A DNA stretch of 64,000 bases, from positions 39,584,001 through 39,648,000 of the forward strand of contig CP068257.2 of the NCBI GenBank assembly GCA_009914755.4, read 5' to 3'. Under the pieces are notes generated by a model, which saw only the letters and a list, made by a program, of their open reading frames with translations, made no database searches and was not told the DNA's origin. Origin of the DNA: the human T2T-CHM13v2.0 reference genome, Homo sapiens. Of the stretch, positions 13,530 through 27,700 are shown piece by piece (positions within the stretch are counted from its first letter, which is position 1; the number at the start of each line of letters is the position of its first letter). The position numbers and the translations under genes were made by a program.

Positions 13530-13800
13530 AAGCCCCTGTGACTGCAGGTGCCTGCGCCTTCTGGGGGTGGGAGAGGGCGTGAAATCCTATCAGCAGGAAA
13601 GTCCATCCTTGCTGCTTCCCTCCACTCGCCCGAGCCGGGCTGGGAAGAGAGGGAACAGAGGTGCCCAGGCTGTTCCCAGGGGGAGGCCTGTGTGGTCCCC
13701 GTTTGTTCGGAGATGATAAGGAGTCCATCTGAGGGAGGAGCTGCCTTCTGGACATGGGAGTGTGGCTGACACTACCTCTGCGGGTTTCAGTGCAGAGATA
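13530..13800. repeat. Local segmental duplication, copy 2 (direct orientation, 862 bp downstream of copy 1)
   Basis: agcccctgtgactgcaggtgcctgcgccttctgggggtgggagagggcgtgaaatcctatcagcaggaaagtccatccttgctgcttccctccactcgcccgagccgggctgggaagagag...cccgtttgttcggagatgataaggagtccatctgagggaggagctgccttctggacatgggagtgtggctgacactacctctgcgggtttcagtgca. Both copies are preceded by ttctgattctgat. Confidence 0.85.
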
Positions 13801-13934
13801 AGGAATGCCAGTCTGGTGGATAATTTGATGCGTGCCTTTTTCTGCAGAGTGATGTATTTGAGAAACAGCCCTGTAACGAGAAAAAGCCGCACTACCCCTC
13901 TTTAAGTTCAAACACCACTGTGCCAGGTGCTTTT

Positions 13935-14095
13935 ATAGAGGCAGGACAAGGCACGATGCTCAGAGCAACACTCTTTATTAACCCAGGGTACAGACAAGGG
14001 GGCTGAGGCTCAGAGAGGGTGGCAACCCTCAGATTCTGCAGCGAACAAGAGGTTGAGCTGGGGTTAGAATCTCGGTCCAGCACACCCTGAAGTCA
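13935..14095 (+). mobile_element. MIR-like SINE fragment
   Basis: ggcaggacaaggcacgatgctcagagcaacactctttattaacccagggtacagacaagggggctgaggctcagagagggtggcaaccctcagattctgcagcgaacaagaggttgagctggggttagaatctcggtccagcacaccctgaagtcact. Confidence 0.55.
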
Positions 14096-15849
14096 CTATC
14101 CTTTCCTGCATGGAGAAGACACAGGTGTATCCTGGGACCATGGCTAGGAAATGAATGTGAAACTCGCATCCTGTGAATGTTATGAAAGGACATAGTTCCC
14201 AATATGTTTAAGGGCGTTGGCTATGGGTTTGGGATGAAACCTCTCCCCGTTGTAGAAATGTGTCCTTTCTACTCTTCATAAGGGATGTGTGTTATTTGGA
14301 AAGTTTCAAAACTCAGTCAGGGAGGTCCCCCTCCCCCCTAACCAACCTATCACCCCAGGAACGAGGTTTCAGCTGCAGAGGTAGTGACAGCTCCCAGGTC
14401 CAGAAGAATTAGGATTTGGGGACTTGGATTTGAGTGATCTCTTAGGTTCTTAAAACGGGCCTCCTACACCCTAAATACTGCTCCCTCAACTTCAACCTCC
14501 ACAGTTGGTATCAACCTGCTGTCAACTAAAAGTAAGCTCCTAAGCCCCCCACCAACTGAACAGACCCTTCTTTTTGCCAAGGAGACCCCCCAGAAAAACC
14601 TTAAAAACTTAGTTCTCAGCCATGATGGGACAGGAGATCAGACACACCTTGTTACACTTTCTCCCTTTTATGGTTTAGGCACAACGGCTGACCAGTACTA
14701 ATGTTAAAATAGAGAATAGAACAGACTGTTTGTGGCAACAAGATACCAACTTATAAGCAGCAACCTCAGGTCACGCCAGGCAAGGGTCGAGCCGCGTACT
14801 CTACACTTAGAGAACGGATTCTGTTCTCACGGCACAGCGTCTTCTTTTTCTCCAGCAGCTAAAACACTCACCGGCCCGGAGATCAGCCAGATTCAAATGA
14901 CTGCAGCTCATCCGCCCACAGACGCAGACTGACCCCGTTCCACAGCCATGACTGCAGCTCGGATTGGGCAGGAGACTGACTTCAGGAACCTCCTCCAGAT
15001 AAGAGACCCCTGACAGTGGACTGGCTCTGGTTGCTTTACAGAGGCTGCTCACTTGAGTGCCTTCAAGTCCTGAAAAGACCTTTTTGACATTTAGGGCCTA
15101 ACTGTGATACACTTAAATGTTAAGACTCCAGCCCAGAGTGAACACAGGAGGCATGTCACATGGATGTTCAATATGCGTGCATCAGGACCACCTTCATGAA
15201 TATTCATAGTTCCTCCTGTAAACTGCTGAATATGTATGTTTAGCCAACCCATTCAGCGTAAAGCTCCTTCCCCAACCCCTCCTCCTTCAAAGTGCCTGTC
15301 TCTGTTCTTGCACAAAGGCACACTTCCCAGACTGCAGGATGGCCGCCTTGCACCTTTATAAGAAGGTATTCTTTTCACCTTCCCAAATGTATAAATATTG
15401 TGTTGATTTTTTTTTTAAGTGAACACTGCTAAATGCTAAGCATTTGGTGGAAAACCACCACATTCCAGAATCAGGCAGCCAAGCCCATCCCCATTCCCCC
15501 CTCCCCATCCCTCTCCCCCCTTCACTGCCACCGTCCACTTGGCAGCTGTGGTTTTCCCAAGAGGAGCCCAGGTATCCATGTGTCTCTCAACATGTGTCTT
15601 TCTAGTAGGAGCCTGTACAGCAATAGTGAAATGGCTCACACTCTCACACATGCACACACAGCCAGAATAAATTGTATAATCAAGCTCCTCTTAGCTAAGT
15701 TCTGTAACATCTGTTTGTGTTAAGTGGTGCTCTTTGAAAATGATTCCCCCCTCCCTTTATAAAAACAACCTTAATTTTAGATTGTGGAGAAATGGCGCAT
15801 GACAATTATTTTTGCTTTCTTCAACAAGATGTGTTTAAGTAAATGAGAT

Positions 15850-16250
15850 TCATTTCTAGAACTGAAGCGCTGAAAGAGCCTGATTAACAGAATCAGTGCC
15901 TACAATCATATGTAATAACTGTGGGCAAACAGCCCCGCGTGGCTGGGCTGCAGAGGCCACTGCTGCTGTGGGTTCGGCTTGCCGGCAGACTTCAGCAGAT
16001 GGGCTGCTAATATAATTAGGAATCGTTGTGTTAAATGAGCCATTATTTAAATTATCTGCTAATTTTCCTATCTATTAACCTGCTGAAATAGAGAGAGTAA
16101 TATCTGAGAAATCTCAGGCTGCTAATCACTAACTAGATGAATCGCCCAGTTTTTCCCTTTAATGCAACATTTTACCTTATTGCAGCAATTAGCAAATGGC
16201 TTTCTGTAGGGTTATTGCCCAGTGCATCAACCAGAGATTAAGAAGGGACA
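15850..16250. promoter_or_regulatory. Candidate conserved non-coding element or enhancer: repeat-free block densely packed with homeodomain-type TAAT/ATTA cores (prediction only)
   Basis: gctgctaatataattaggaatcgttgtgttaaatgagccattatttaaattatctgctaattttcctatctattaacctgctgaaatagagagagtaatatctgag...gctgctaatcactaactagatgaatcgcc...ccttattgcagcaattagcaaatggctttctgtagggttattgcccagtgcatcaaccagagattaag. It sits in the middle of a 9-kb Alu-free stretch of intron 1. Confidence 0.3.
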
Positions 16251-16426
16251 GTGGGAGACGTCCACAGTCTGTTTAGGTTTCATCCAGGTGGCAGATTGGT
16301 GGCTAGACCATGGCTTCTAGCCGAGGAGGCTCTTAGCTTTCTCGACCACTGTTTTCTTGTTTATTTCATAGTCTCTGCATTAAAGGATATTTGGCCTTCA
16401 GAAAGCTTCTCTTAGTCCATTTGGGC

Positions 16427-16770
16427 TGCTATAACAAAATACCTTAGACTGGGTGGCTTATTGATGGCAGACATGTATTTCTTACAGTTTTGGGAGCTGG
16501 AAGTCCAAGACCCAGGCACTGGCAGATTGAGGTCTAGTGAGGGCTTCGTGCTTCATAGAGTCAGTGCCTTCTCTCTGTCTCCTTACATGGCAAAAGGGAT
16601 GAGCGAGCGCTCTCACGTACTTTTGTAAGGGCACTAATCCTATCTCTTAGGGCCCCACACTCATGATCTAATTGCCTCCCAAAGGCCTTGCCTCCTAATA
16701 TCAGTACGTTGGGAATAAGGGTTCATCATACAAAGTTAGGGGTCAGGGCACAGACATTCAGAGCACAGCA
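16427..16770 (+). mobile_element. Solo LTR-like interspersed repeat, same family as 10411-10757 (MLT1-like; uncertain)
   Basis: ccatttgggctgctataacaaaataccttagactgggtggcttattgatggcagacatgtatttcttacagttttgggagctggaagtccaagacccaggcactggcag ... cttttgtaagggcactaatcctatctcttagggccccacactcatgatctaattgcctcccaaaggccttgcctcctaatatcagtacgttgggaataagggttcatc...cagacattcagagcacagca. Confidence 0.5.
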
Positions 16771-17825
16771 GAGCATAAGGTGAGGACTGTGTGAGTATAA
16801 CTTCTCTCACTCTCCCTACCCTGAGACACTGGTAGGGGGCAGGAAAGTGAGGTAGGCGGGAGGAGGAGGTCAATACAGGGTGCACTCAGAGTGGGCTATT
16901 GCAGTGCACATCTGGGGCTCAACCCCACCAAGGACTTCTGGGGGATGACACAGAGACCACTCCAAACTGTTTGCCTGGGGAGTAAGGGAGCAACGGTTTG
17001 GACCCACCAGCTGTTTATTTTTGGTCAAGGGCTGCTCCCAGGAGCATTCACTCCCTGGTACGTCAGACCTGACTTGGACACTAGATAATCTCACTCCTGA
17101 GGTTACAGAAGCTGAAGTGAGTGCCCAAGGAATATGGGTAGGCCACCAGCAATCTCTGCTGTCTTCTCGCTTCTAGCTTTGCTTATACTTGGACATTTAA
17201 GAGACAAGTTTGTGGTTATTTATATAGCAGCTGGGAAGTTGACTAAGTTTAGCCTACCCTTGCCATGTCTAGAAAATCTAAATTAATTCTTTGCACACAT
17301 GATTTAGGAGTTTGGCCTGTTGAACTTTCTCCGGCTACTTCCAACTTCTTGGCAGGTTTGTTGACCTAATTGGCATTCTCTCTGCTCCCAGGTGGGGGCT
17401 CATGGACATGCTTCCCCATCTGAAGGAACAAGTGATTAGTGAATTCCTATTAGTTGCAGGCACTGTGGGGACCATCAAAAAGAGACTAAGAAGAAGAGCT
17501 TTGTCCTTAAGGAATTTACAAGCTCATTGAGAGGAAAGAAAGGAAACCGGGAAACATTAGAGGACAATAAAAGACACGAGACAACCCTAGACACCAAAAA
17601 TCAGGGCATGAGCTGTCAGAGAGGAGTAAATCAGAGCTGCAGCTGGGAGGCCTTCTGGGGAACGCAGGACTTAGCATGGGTCTCAAAGGCAACAGCCTTT
17701 GTACGGTTTATCGTTTACTCTCAGCCAGCAGGCAGAAGGGGTGAGAGGTGGTTTCTACTTGCATCAAAACAAAATAAGGAATATCAAACCCCACAAATCA
17801 TGCTGTTGAAAAAAATGAGTAAGCT

Positions 17826-18309
<484 letters not shown>

Positions 18310-20225
18310 TCAGTTTACTCAGTTTTCACACCTTGCTGGCTAAAATTGCACGTGGAACCGGCGCTAGTGTTTATTTGCTCACTCACCGTGAGCCAGCACC
18401 ATGAGGAGCACGTGTCACAGCATTTACTTCTCACAAGCACCCCATGAGAATGGTCATCACCCCCTTTCCTAGAAGAGGGAGGGTGCAGAGAGATCTGGGG
18501 AGAGGAACCCACCTCTTCCAGGTGCCAGGCACTGGTACATGAATGGTGGAGGGAGATTGGACCCCAAGCCCTGCGTGCATTCAGTCATTCTGCTCAGTGA
18601 AGTGTGGACAGAATTTGTTTGATGGGAGGGTAGAATTGTTCTCAAAGGGCTTGTGACACAGGAGGAAGACGTCCACGTTCAGGACATGTCTAGTTCCTAC
18701 CCATCCGTGATGTGTGCATAATGGTCATCCCTCTTTTATAATTATTTTGTAAAATCTGATGATGCGGTTTTGGGCAGGGCTGCTGGAACTGGGGCATATT
18801 GTCAAGGAAGTCTATGCCAAAGACGAACAGTTTTCATCGTGGGGGCATAGAATTTTCACACATCTTCTGGAATAGATCATCTAAACTCTTTTACTCTCAG
18901 ATTTTCTGTATAATTGGTAGGTGCTCAAGAGATTTGCTTTAGAAATGAACAAGCCACCTTCCTTTTGCCTGGAATGTGCATTTCTGCCACTTGCCCTTCA
19001 CTGCATGAACGTCTCTCTAACCTTGACTTTCATTTATTCATTCAACAACTGTTTAGTGAGCACCTACTAGGCTCCCAGGCACTGTCTGAGGTACTGGTGA
19101 CAAAGAGATGAGCCACATGTGGCCCTACTGTCAGCTGTCATGGAGGGCGCACTGTGCTGGGGACATTATCTGGAGAAGACAGGCTCCTGTGTGACGGTGA
19201 TGCACCCAGGACAGGGGCACAGAAGCCTTGGGAACACCATGTAAAGTTAGAGGAAGAGGTATGGGGGGAGGGCAGAGATCAGAAGGAAGGACTGTGGGGG
19301 GCAAACCAGGAGGGCGCATTTCCAAAGCTTCACTGAGGCCTGGTCACTTGCGGCCAGCACTGCCTGCAGGCTGGACAGGTCAGGGGAGAGCTCAGAGATG
19401 ACCGTGGGCCTGGAGCACGGGAGGTCACTGGTGAGCTTGGCCGGCCATGGAGAGCTGAGGCAGAAGCTCCATCTCTGCAGGTGGAGGAGAGAAAGAGAGA
19501 AAGGAATTGAGACGGGAGGTGGCCCACTGCTGGATGCTTGACCGCAAAGGGGGAAGGAACAGTAGCTGGAGGGAGTGTGTTTTGGGTTTTGCCATTTTTA
19601 GGAAGGCGAGAAGAAATTAGCCACTGAGTTCCTGCAGTTCCACCTCCTTAGGTCTCTGGCAGCTTGGATCACAGATGGTTTTCAAGGGCAGGTCCTGGTG
19701 GACAGGCCATTCTCCCTACTAGATGCTGCACTCTGCAGGGGCCAGGACACAGGCACCATCATCTTTGCTGCTCTCACCCCATGCCCCAGGTTCAGCACAG
19801 CAAAGACCCACATCTGCCCTGCAAAGGCCCTCGAGGCCGCTGATGTTGGCGGCAGGGTTGGAGTAGTTAAAAGCCAGTGATTTTCAAGGTAGAAGACTCC
19901 ATCCAGCTTCTGCTGGAAAACCGGTTTTTGTTAGTTGTGATTGTGTTCTGGAAAAATGGAATGTGACTTCTATGGGAGGCTCCCTAGTATCAGGAAGGAA
20001 GCAGGGAACAGGGGCGGGGACGTCGGGACCTCCATGGGCTGTTTCACATCTCCAAGGCGTTTCTGTTTTCCTCAGATGTAAAGTGGGGATCTGTCTATCG
20101 TATGAGCTTTTGAGTCATTTTAAGTTATGCTTTGCTTGGAAGTTAAGAACATTCCCTGAATTTGAGAATATATATTTTCAATGACCTTTTATGTAGCTGG
20201 AGGGACATGGCCCAGGGCTAGGCTG

Positions 20226-20246
20226 GTGTGTGTGTGTGTGAATACA
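20226..20246. repeat. (TG)n short microsatellite
   Basis: ggtgtgtgtgtgtgtgtgaata. Confidence 0.8.
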
Positions 20247-21255
20247 TGCATACATGCACGTGAGGTTGAACCCAAAGAGGCAGGAAATAATTTTGGAAAT
20301 TCCTAGAATAAAGGAAGGGGCAGATTAAATTGCTAGCATGTGGCATGAGGTGAGGAACCTGGAAGGAGCCCACAGCCGGGGTGTTTGAGTTTTCCGTTGT
20401 TTGAGAGCGCGTCGTGTGAAATTTATAGAGCAGGTGGCATTACTATTTTTATCTCTGTGGTTGAGGCTACTTGTGAAAGTGGGTGATGGTCCTGGCTAGA
20501 ATTCAACACGAGAAAGGTCCATTTCCAGTGTCACCACACAGAAAATGGTGGTGGCTCCTGCGGGCCGCTCAGACACATGATGTGATGTACAGCCCAGAGC
20601 GTTTACTGTGCCCTGGAGACTCAGCCCTTGCCTGACTCTGTGGCTGCCTTATTTATTTGGGGCCATTTCTCTCAGATCATATGCTCCAGGAACGACCATC
20701 GTGGTGACTGGCTTTGCCAAGCTGTGACTCTGAGTTGAACCTTCTTGAAAACTAGCTTTTGCTGGAACTGCCACGGAAGATAAGGTTGTGCTGAATGCCT
20801 GGGCAATGAGAAGAAATCACCTGTGTAAAAGAATGCAGTCCACACTTTGGTCTGACTTTCTCTGCATTTGTGTTCCCTGCCTCTGCGGAGGAGTGACACC
20901 CCCTGAGAGGCAGGACCGGGTCTGGGCGTGTGAGAACGAGCTCCGGTCATGAGGCAATGCAGAGGCTGCGGTGGAGCTTCAGAGGGAGGGAAGCAGGGTG
21001 AAGCGTCTCTGGAGAGAGTCCCCCTGTCACTGGGGCTGCTGTGTGGAGGGCAAGTCTTGTTCCTGCCTTGGCCCTGTCTAGTTACGCAGTCGCAGTCAGC
21101 GCGGACGTGCGTTGCCAGCCTGACCGGCCGGGTGTGGGATCTCCTGAGCTACTGAGTGCAGAGTTGCCAGCGAGACCCAGAAATGGTTGTGAAACAGCTT
21201 CCACGATGGACAGTGGGCACAGGGAGGAAGGCTGGTCTTGTTCAGAAATCTGTAG

Positions 21256-21561
<306 letters not shown>

Positions 21562-23130
21562 CAATCTAGAGCTGTTCTTATCTGTGACTTTCAATGGCCA
21601 AGAAAACGTATTTCCTACTGTTGTGCAATTAGTTATTTTTTTAGGGCGATTGATGTTTCTTGCCTAACATCCACACTGTCCTCTTCTCAAGCCCTAGTAT
21701 TCTCTGATTTGCCTTGTAAAGGAATTTTTGTGTGTTTGTTTTCTGTCTCTCCTTTACCTCTTTACCCCCCTCCTTTCCCTCTTTACCCCGTTTTAGCCAA
21801 GCAACTTCCAAATTCATCTTGCCTCCAGAAAGCATTTAAATCCCCAACACAGAGACAGTGGTGAACACTCAGGGCCCTGTGCCTTCCCTGTGGCAGCTCA
21901 TGGCAGCTTTGGCGAGGTATCTGCTGGTTGAGCCTCGGTGCTTTCCAGCCTGGGTGCTGGACACGTTGTACTTTGGAGCCCCCTCCCAGTGATGGTTTAG
22001 GTCCCGGCCCTTGCTCTTTTCACATCAGCCATAGAAGTGGCTTTTGCTCTTGTGATAATCCTAAGCTGGATGCAAAGAAGGTGTCACAGAGCCAGCTCGG
22101 CAGGCAGCAAGGAGGCCTGGAGGCCGGCAAGCCTTGAAGATGGACGGAGCAAGTAAAGGCGGCGGCCAGCAGCAAGTGAGTGGGAGGCCTGGGGACACGC
22201 CTCCATGACACAGCCTGAGGGCTGCCAGCCCCTACCAGAAACTGGGAGAGACAAGAAGGGCCCTCCCCTGGAGCTTCTGTGGGAAGCGCAGCCCCGCCCA
22301 CACCTAGATTTTGGACTTCTGACCTCCAGAACTGCCAGAAAATAAATGTATATTATCTCATGCCAACCAGTTTGTGGCTGTTTGTTAAGGCAGCCATAAG
22401 AAATTAATGTAAAAAGTGAGTCCCGTTTTCCAGGAAACTTGAATCAGACCAACCAATGTTAAGATATGTCAGTAAAACTACAGAACGATGGTTCTAATAT
22501 AAACAATACAACTATAGAACTTTGTGGCTATGGAAAGAATTCTTCAGTAACCAAGGAGAAAAAGTCACGTGTAATGAGGAAAAATAAGACATGCTTTAGA
22601 TTTCTCCACAAATACTCACTGTTGAAATACACTGGAGAAACATATATATAAAGTGTTAAGAAAAAAAATATGACCCAAATGCACAAAACCCAGGCAGATC
22701 ATTCTTCAAGTGTAAAGGCCATGGATAGGTGCTCGCAAGCATGAAAGCCCTTGGGGAAGATGGTGTCCAACTTTGGGTGGGGCCCGTGGGAGGCTGAACA
22801 AAACCTAGCCATTGGGGAGCTGGGTGAAGTCAGAGACAGGAGGACTGGTAGGAAGGAGAGAACCTCTTTCCTTATAGAATGACTAAGCAACTGTGGGAAA
22901 TATGGGTATCAAAAACAAATCTTGAAAATATATAAACAACAGTGTAACCTATGGAGAGGTTGGTGGGACTCAGATTCCTGGTGACATAGGTACATTCACC
23001 ACCTCATCTTCCTTAATGGAAGGAAATTCTGACAGATGATAAATAAAAAATATTGGCAGGTAGGTAAAAAAGAAAGATGTTCATGCATTATGTAAAATTA
23101 CAAAAAGGCATATCATGAAAGTAAAAATAA

Positions 23131-23493
<363 letters not shown>

Positions 23494-25232
23494 AATTCTT
23501 GATTTTTTTAGAAGTGTGCAGAGTGGGGATCCCAAAAATATCATTCTAAGTTGCTAAATCAAGAGAAGAGGTTAAGATATATCACATAAAATTGTAAAGA
23601 AAATGACTAGAATAATTTAAAAATAGATGTAAAGCTTGCAGTTCACCAGAACAATTATTAAACACCAGAAATCTGTATAGTAAAGATGAAAAGAATAAAA
23701 GAAGAAACATTATAGCAGACAGTGTCACATAGGAAGAGATAGGATGAGGAAAAATGTGTATAATTGGATGCAAATTGATAAATTCATCTCTTAAAATAAT
23801 TCAGTTTGGGGGAATGTTTAAAAATGGTGCAGGGATTCTGATATGCCTGCCCCCTTTGAGAATCAGGTTGTGGTGAGTTACTGATAACTTAGTGTTTATT
23901 ATTTAAGAGCAGAAAAAGAGAGAACCCTGTCCTTCAGGAATATCTGGTTCAACCAGACTGACCTAGGGACGGATCTCCTTCACTTACTTTGACCTGTTAC
24001 TGACTATTTGATACATGCAAGAATTACTCAGCCTCCAACAATTTCTCTCCTGTGAAATCCATGTAAATGCAGATTTGCTTGGTGTCCTCTAAGTGGAAAA
24101 ACCACACACTGATTTCCCTCTGCTCTCACACCACAACGATCAACACAGAAGACTTCCGGGACCAAATGTGCGGGGATTTCTCCTCACCAACAAACAATCG
24201 ATCGGTTCTGCGACAGACACCAGCTGCGTATCCTCTAATTTAGTTCAGTTCCTACACTGTCTGCCTGGGGATGGCGTGGGACCCCAGAGTGAGGGCCCAG
24301 TCCCCCAAGACTGCCCCCAGCTTCCATGCCAGTTGCGAGCTCCGGGTCATTGCCTGTGCTTCTGATCGATCGGCTACAAATGGAAGATTTCCAGGATCCT
24401 ATCCTTGGTTTGATTAATTTGCTAGATTTACTCACAGAACTCAGGAAGACATGTACACTGGTTTATTATAAAGGGCGTTACAGAAGATACAGATGAAGAG
24501 ATGTGTAGGTTGAGGTATAGGGGGACAGGTACAGAACTTCCGTGCCCCCCCTGTACACGCCACCCTCCGGGAACCTCAGCTGTCTGGAAATTTAATGAAC
24601 CCTGTTCTTTTGGGGTTTTGTGGAAGCTTCGTTATGTAGACATGATTGATTAAGCCATTGGCCATTGGTGATCAGCTTAACCTTCAGCTCCTCCCCACTC
24701 CCCAAGGTTGGGGGTGGGGCTGAAAGTCCCAGTCCTCTAATCCCGCCTTGCTCTTTCTGGTGACCAGCCCCCATCCCGAAGCTACCTAGGGGCTGCCAGC
24801 CATCAGTCAACTCACAGCATACAAAAACACATCACTTTGGAGATTCCAGAGATTTTAGGAGTTGTATGCCAGGAAATGGGGATGAAATCACATACGTATT
24901 TCACAATCTTTCATGCCCTTTTGTACGTTTATGAGAAATTAGGATTAAATCTAACCCAAACTGTGGCTTTGAAACTTGGGGCTGTTGAGCATCTAATATT
25001 TGGATGAAGAACCAGATAATAAATTATTATATATAATACATTATATATATGTAAATATATTTTTATATATGTGAGATTACATTCTATCTGAAATCAACCC
25101 AAACACCTCTGTAAAGGAGCAAGCTCTTACACATTTTCTAGGAGCTGTGTATTTGTAAATCGAAATTAAGAATAGAGCATTCATTTACTAAAACGAAGAG
25201 GTTTAAAGTAACATTTATAGTCTCATTATTTA

Positions 25233-25430
<198 letters not shown>

Positions 25431-25876
25431 TCAAACCTTCATCCCCCAAATCTGTTTCCCTACCATTCCTACAAAGTTTTTGTGAACATGATCTTCATTG
25501 GTCGGGAGGGAATTCTCTGAAGTCACAAAGTAGCTTTTCGTTTGAGAAAACACAGGGGTGTGACCACAGGTTACAGCACTGCCCCTGGCAGATGCCCAGG
25601 ACTGTCGTTCATTCCTCTCCACTATTTCCATGGCCTCCTGCAGGGGAAGGGGCAATGGCACTTAGTACATTAGGGAAGTAGGAGTCTGACAGTTTCTGCC
25701 AACAGCTCGAAAACTGTGTGTGCAGAACCTACACACAGCTGGTTTGTGTGCACAGACTGCATTATTCTTGCTTATTATTTTGGAATCTGTTATCTTTGTA
25801 CCAAGGGCAAAACGAGTGTCTTTGATTTTACCTTTGCAAATAATTTTGTTGTCGATTCCACAAATGTGTGAGTGTC

Positions 25877-26261
<385 letters not shown>

Positions 26262-27403
26262 TCAGAGGGAGGCTTCACGCTGGTGGGGCGGAGGCAGCAG
26301 GAGCTGTCGGGACCCCGTGAATGGCATGATTGCGCACGGGGCCCAGGCAGTGGCTGAGTTGGTTACAAGAATGCGCTCGGAGTCTGACTCTGGGTTCCAG
26401 CCTCAGCTCTGCCACTTACCCTTGTAGAGTTGAGCAAGTCAGACTCTCTGCACCTCAGTGTTTGCATCTGTGACGTGGAGTGAGGACTGTGCTGCCCTCA
26501 GAGCTCTGTTATGAGGTTGAAATAAGCTAATGGATATAGGAAGCACGTACAGCAGTGCCCAGCCCACTGCAGGCGGTGTTCAGTGTCTGCTGTCACTGTT
26601 ATGTGAAAGGTGTGGTGTTATGGGAGGGAAAGGGATGCACAGGCCGGCAGGAGACTGGGAACAGCAGTTCTCCCAAAGGGCCAGCCAGGGTCAGCTTCGT
26701 GGAGAAGGTGGCGTTGAAGGAAGCCTGGAAGGGAGCGATGGGCCGTGCCACATGGACCTGGACCTGGGTATCCTGGGGAAGAGCCCCCACCCCAGCAAGG
26801 TGGCCAGGGGAAAGGCCCTGCCACTGGGGGATGTCTGGGGCTTTCACGGAGTGGCCTGGTGGTCAGCGTGGCTGGGAGGAGTGATGTCAGGGCATGGCGA
26901 GTGACTCAGCAGGCCATGTGAGGACTTCGCCAGTTACTCTGGGTGACGTGAGAGCCATGGGAGGTGGAGGGCTGACTCCCTCTGACTTAACTGTAATAGG
27001 ACTGTGGTGGCTGCTGGTTGGAAGTAGGCCTAGGAAGGAAGCAGGGACACCAGTGAGGACGAGGAGGGGATGACAGTGGTGTGGACCCCCACAGACTCCT
27101 TGGAGGAGGTGAGGGGTGGGCCGGTGTGGGCCAGAACCTGAAGGTGGAGCCCTCGGGACCTCCTGGTGGCTGGATGTGGGCCATGAGGGGAAGGAAGCCC
27201 TAGGGATCACCTCCGGCATGGCCTGGCCTGACCTGATGGAGCTGCTGTCGACCGAGATGGTCAAGTCCACCAGGAGAGCAGGGGTGGGGGCAGCTGGAGC
27301 TCAATTCGGGACACGCCAGGCGTGAGATGATGTCCCATCTCAAGATGTTTCCTGGACCTGCTGTAACTAAGTACACAAACTGAGAGCTGAAAACAACAGG
27401 AAT

Positions 27404-27700
27404 GGGCCAGGTGCAGTGGCTCATGCCTGTAATCCCAGCACTTTAGGAGGCCAAGACGAGAGGATCACTTGAGCCCGGGAGTTCAAGACCAGCCTGGGCA
27501 ACATAGTGAGACCCCATCTCTACAAAAAATAAAAATAAATTAGCCAGGCATGGTGGTGCACGCCTGTGGTCCCAGCTACTTTGGAGGCTGAGGTGAGAGG
27601 ATCCCTTGAGCCCAGGAGTTTGAGGCTACAGCAAGTGATGATTGTGCTGCTGTACTCCAGCCTGGGTGACAGAGTGAGACACTGTCAAAAAAAAAAAAAA
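27404..27700 (+). mobile_element. Alu SINE (older, AluJ/S-like, sense)
   Basis: gggccaggtgcagtggctcatgcctgtaatcccagcactttaggaggcc ... ggatcccttgagcccaggagtttgaggctacagcaagtgatgattgtgctgctgtactccagcctgggtgacagagtgagacactgtcaaaaaaaaaaaaaa. Flanking repeat caggaatg. Confidence 0.88.

Noticed and set aside
14300-15050. Possible unclassified LTR or ERV fragment (CpG-retaining, ttgccaaggagaccccccagaaaaacc..., tgt...aca-like ends) and ORF 14732..14932
   Set aside because: I cannot match it to a repeat family from memory, and the ORF has no recognisable product. Left unannotated rather than guessed. RepeatMasker would resolve it.
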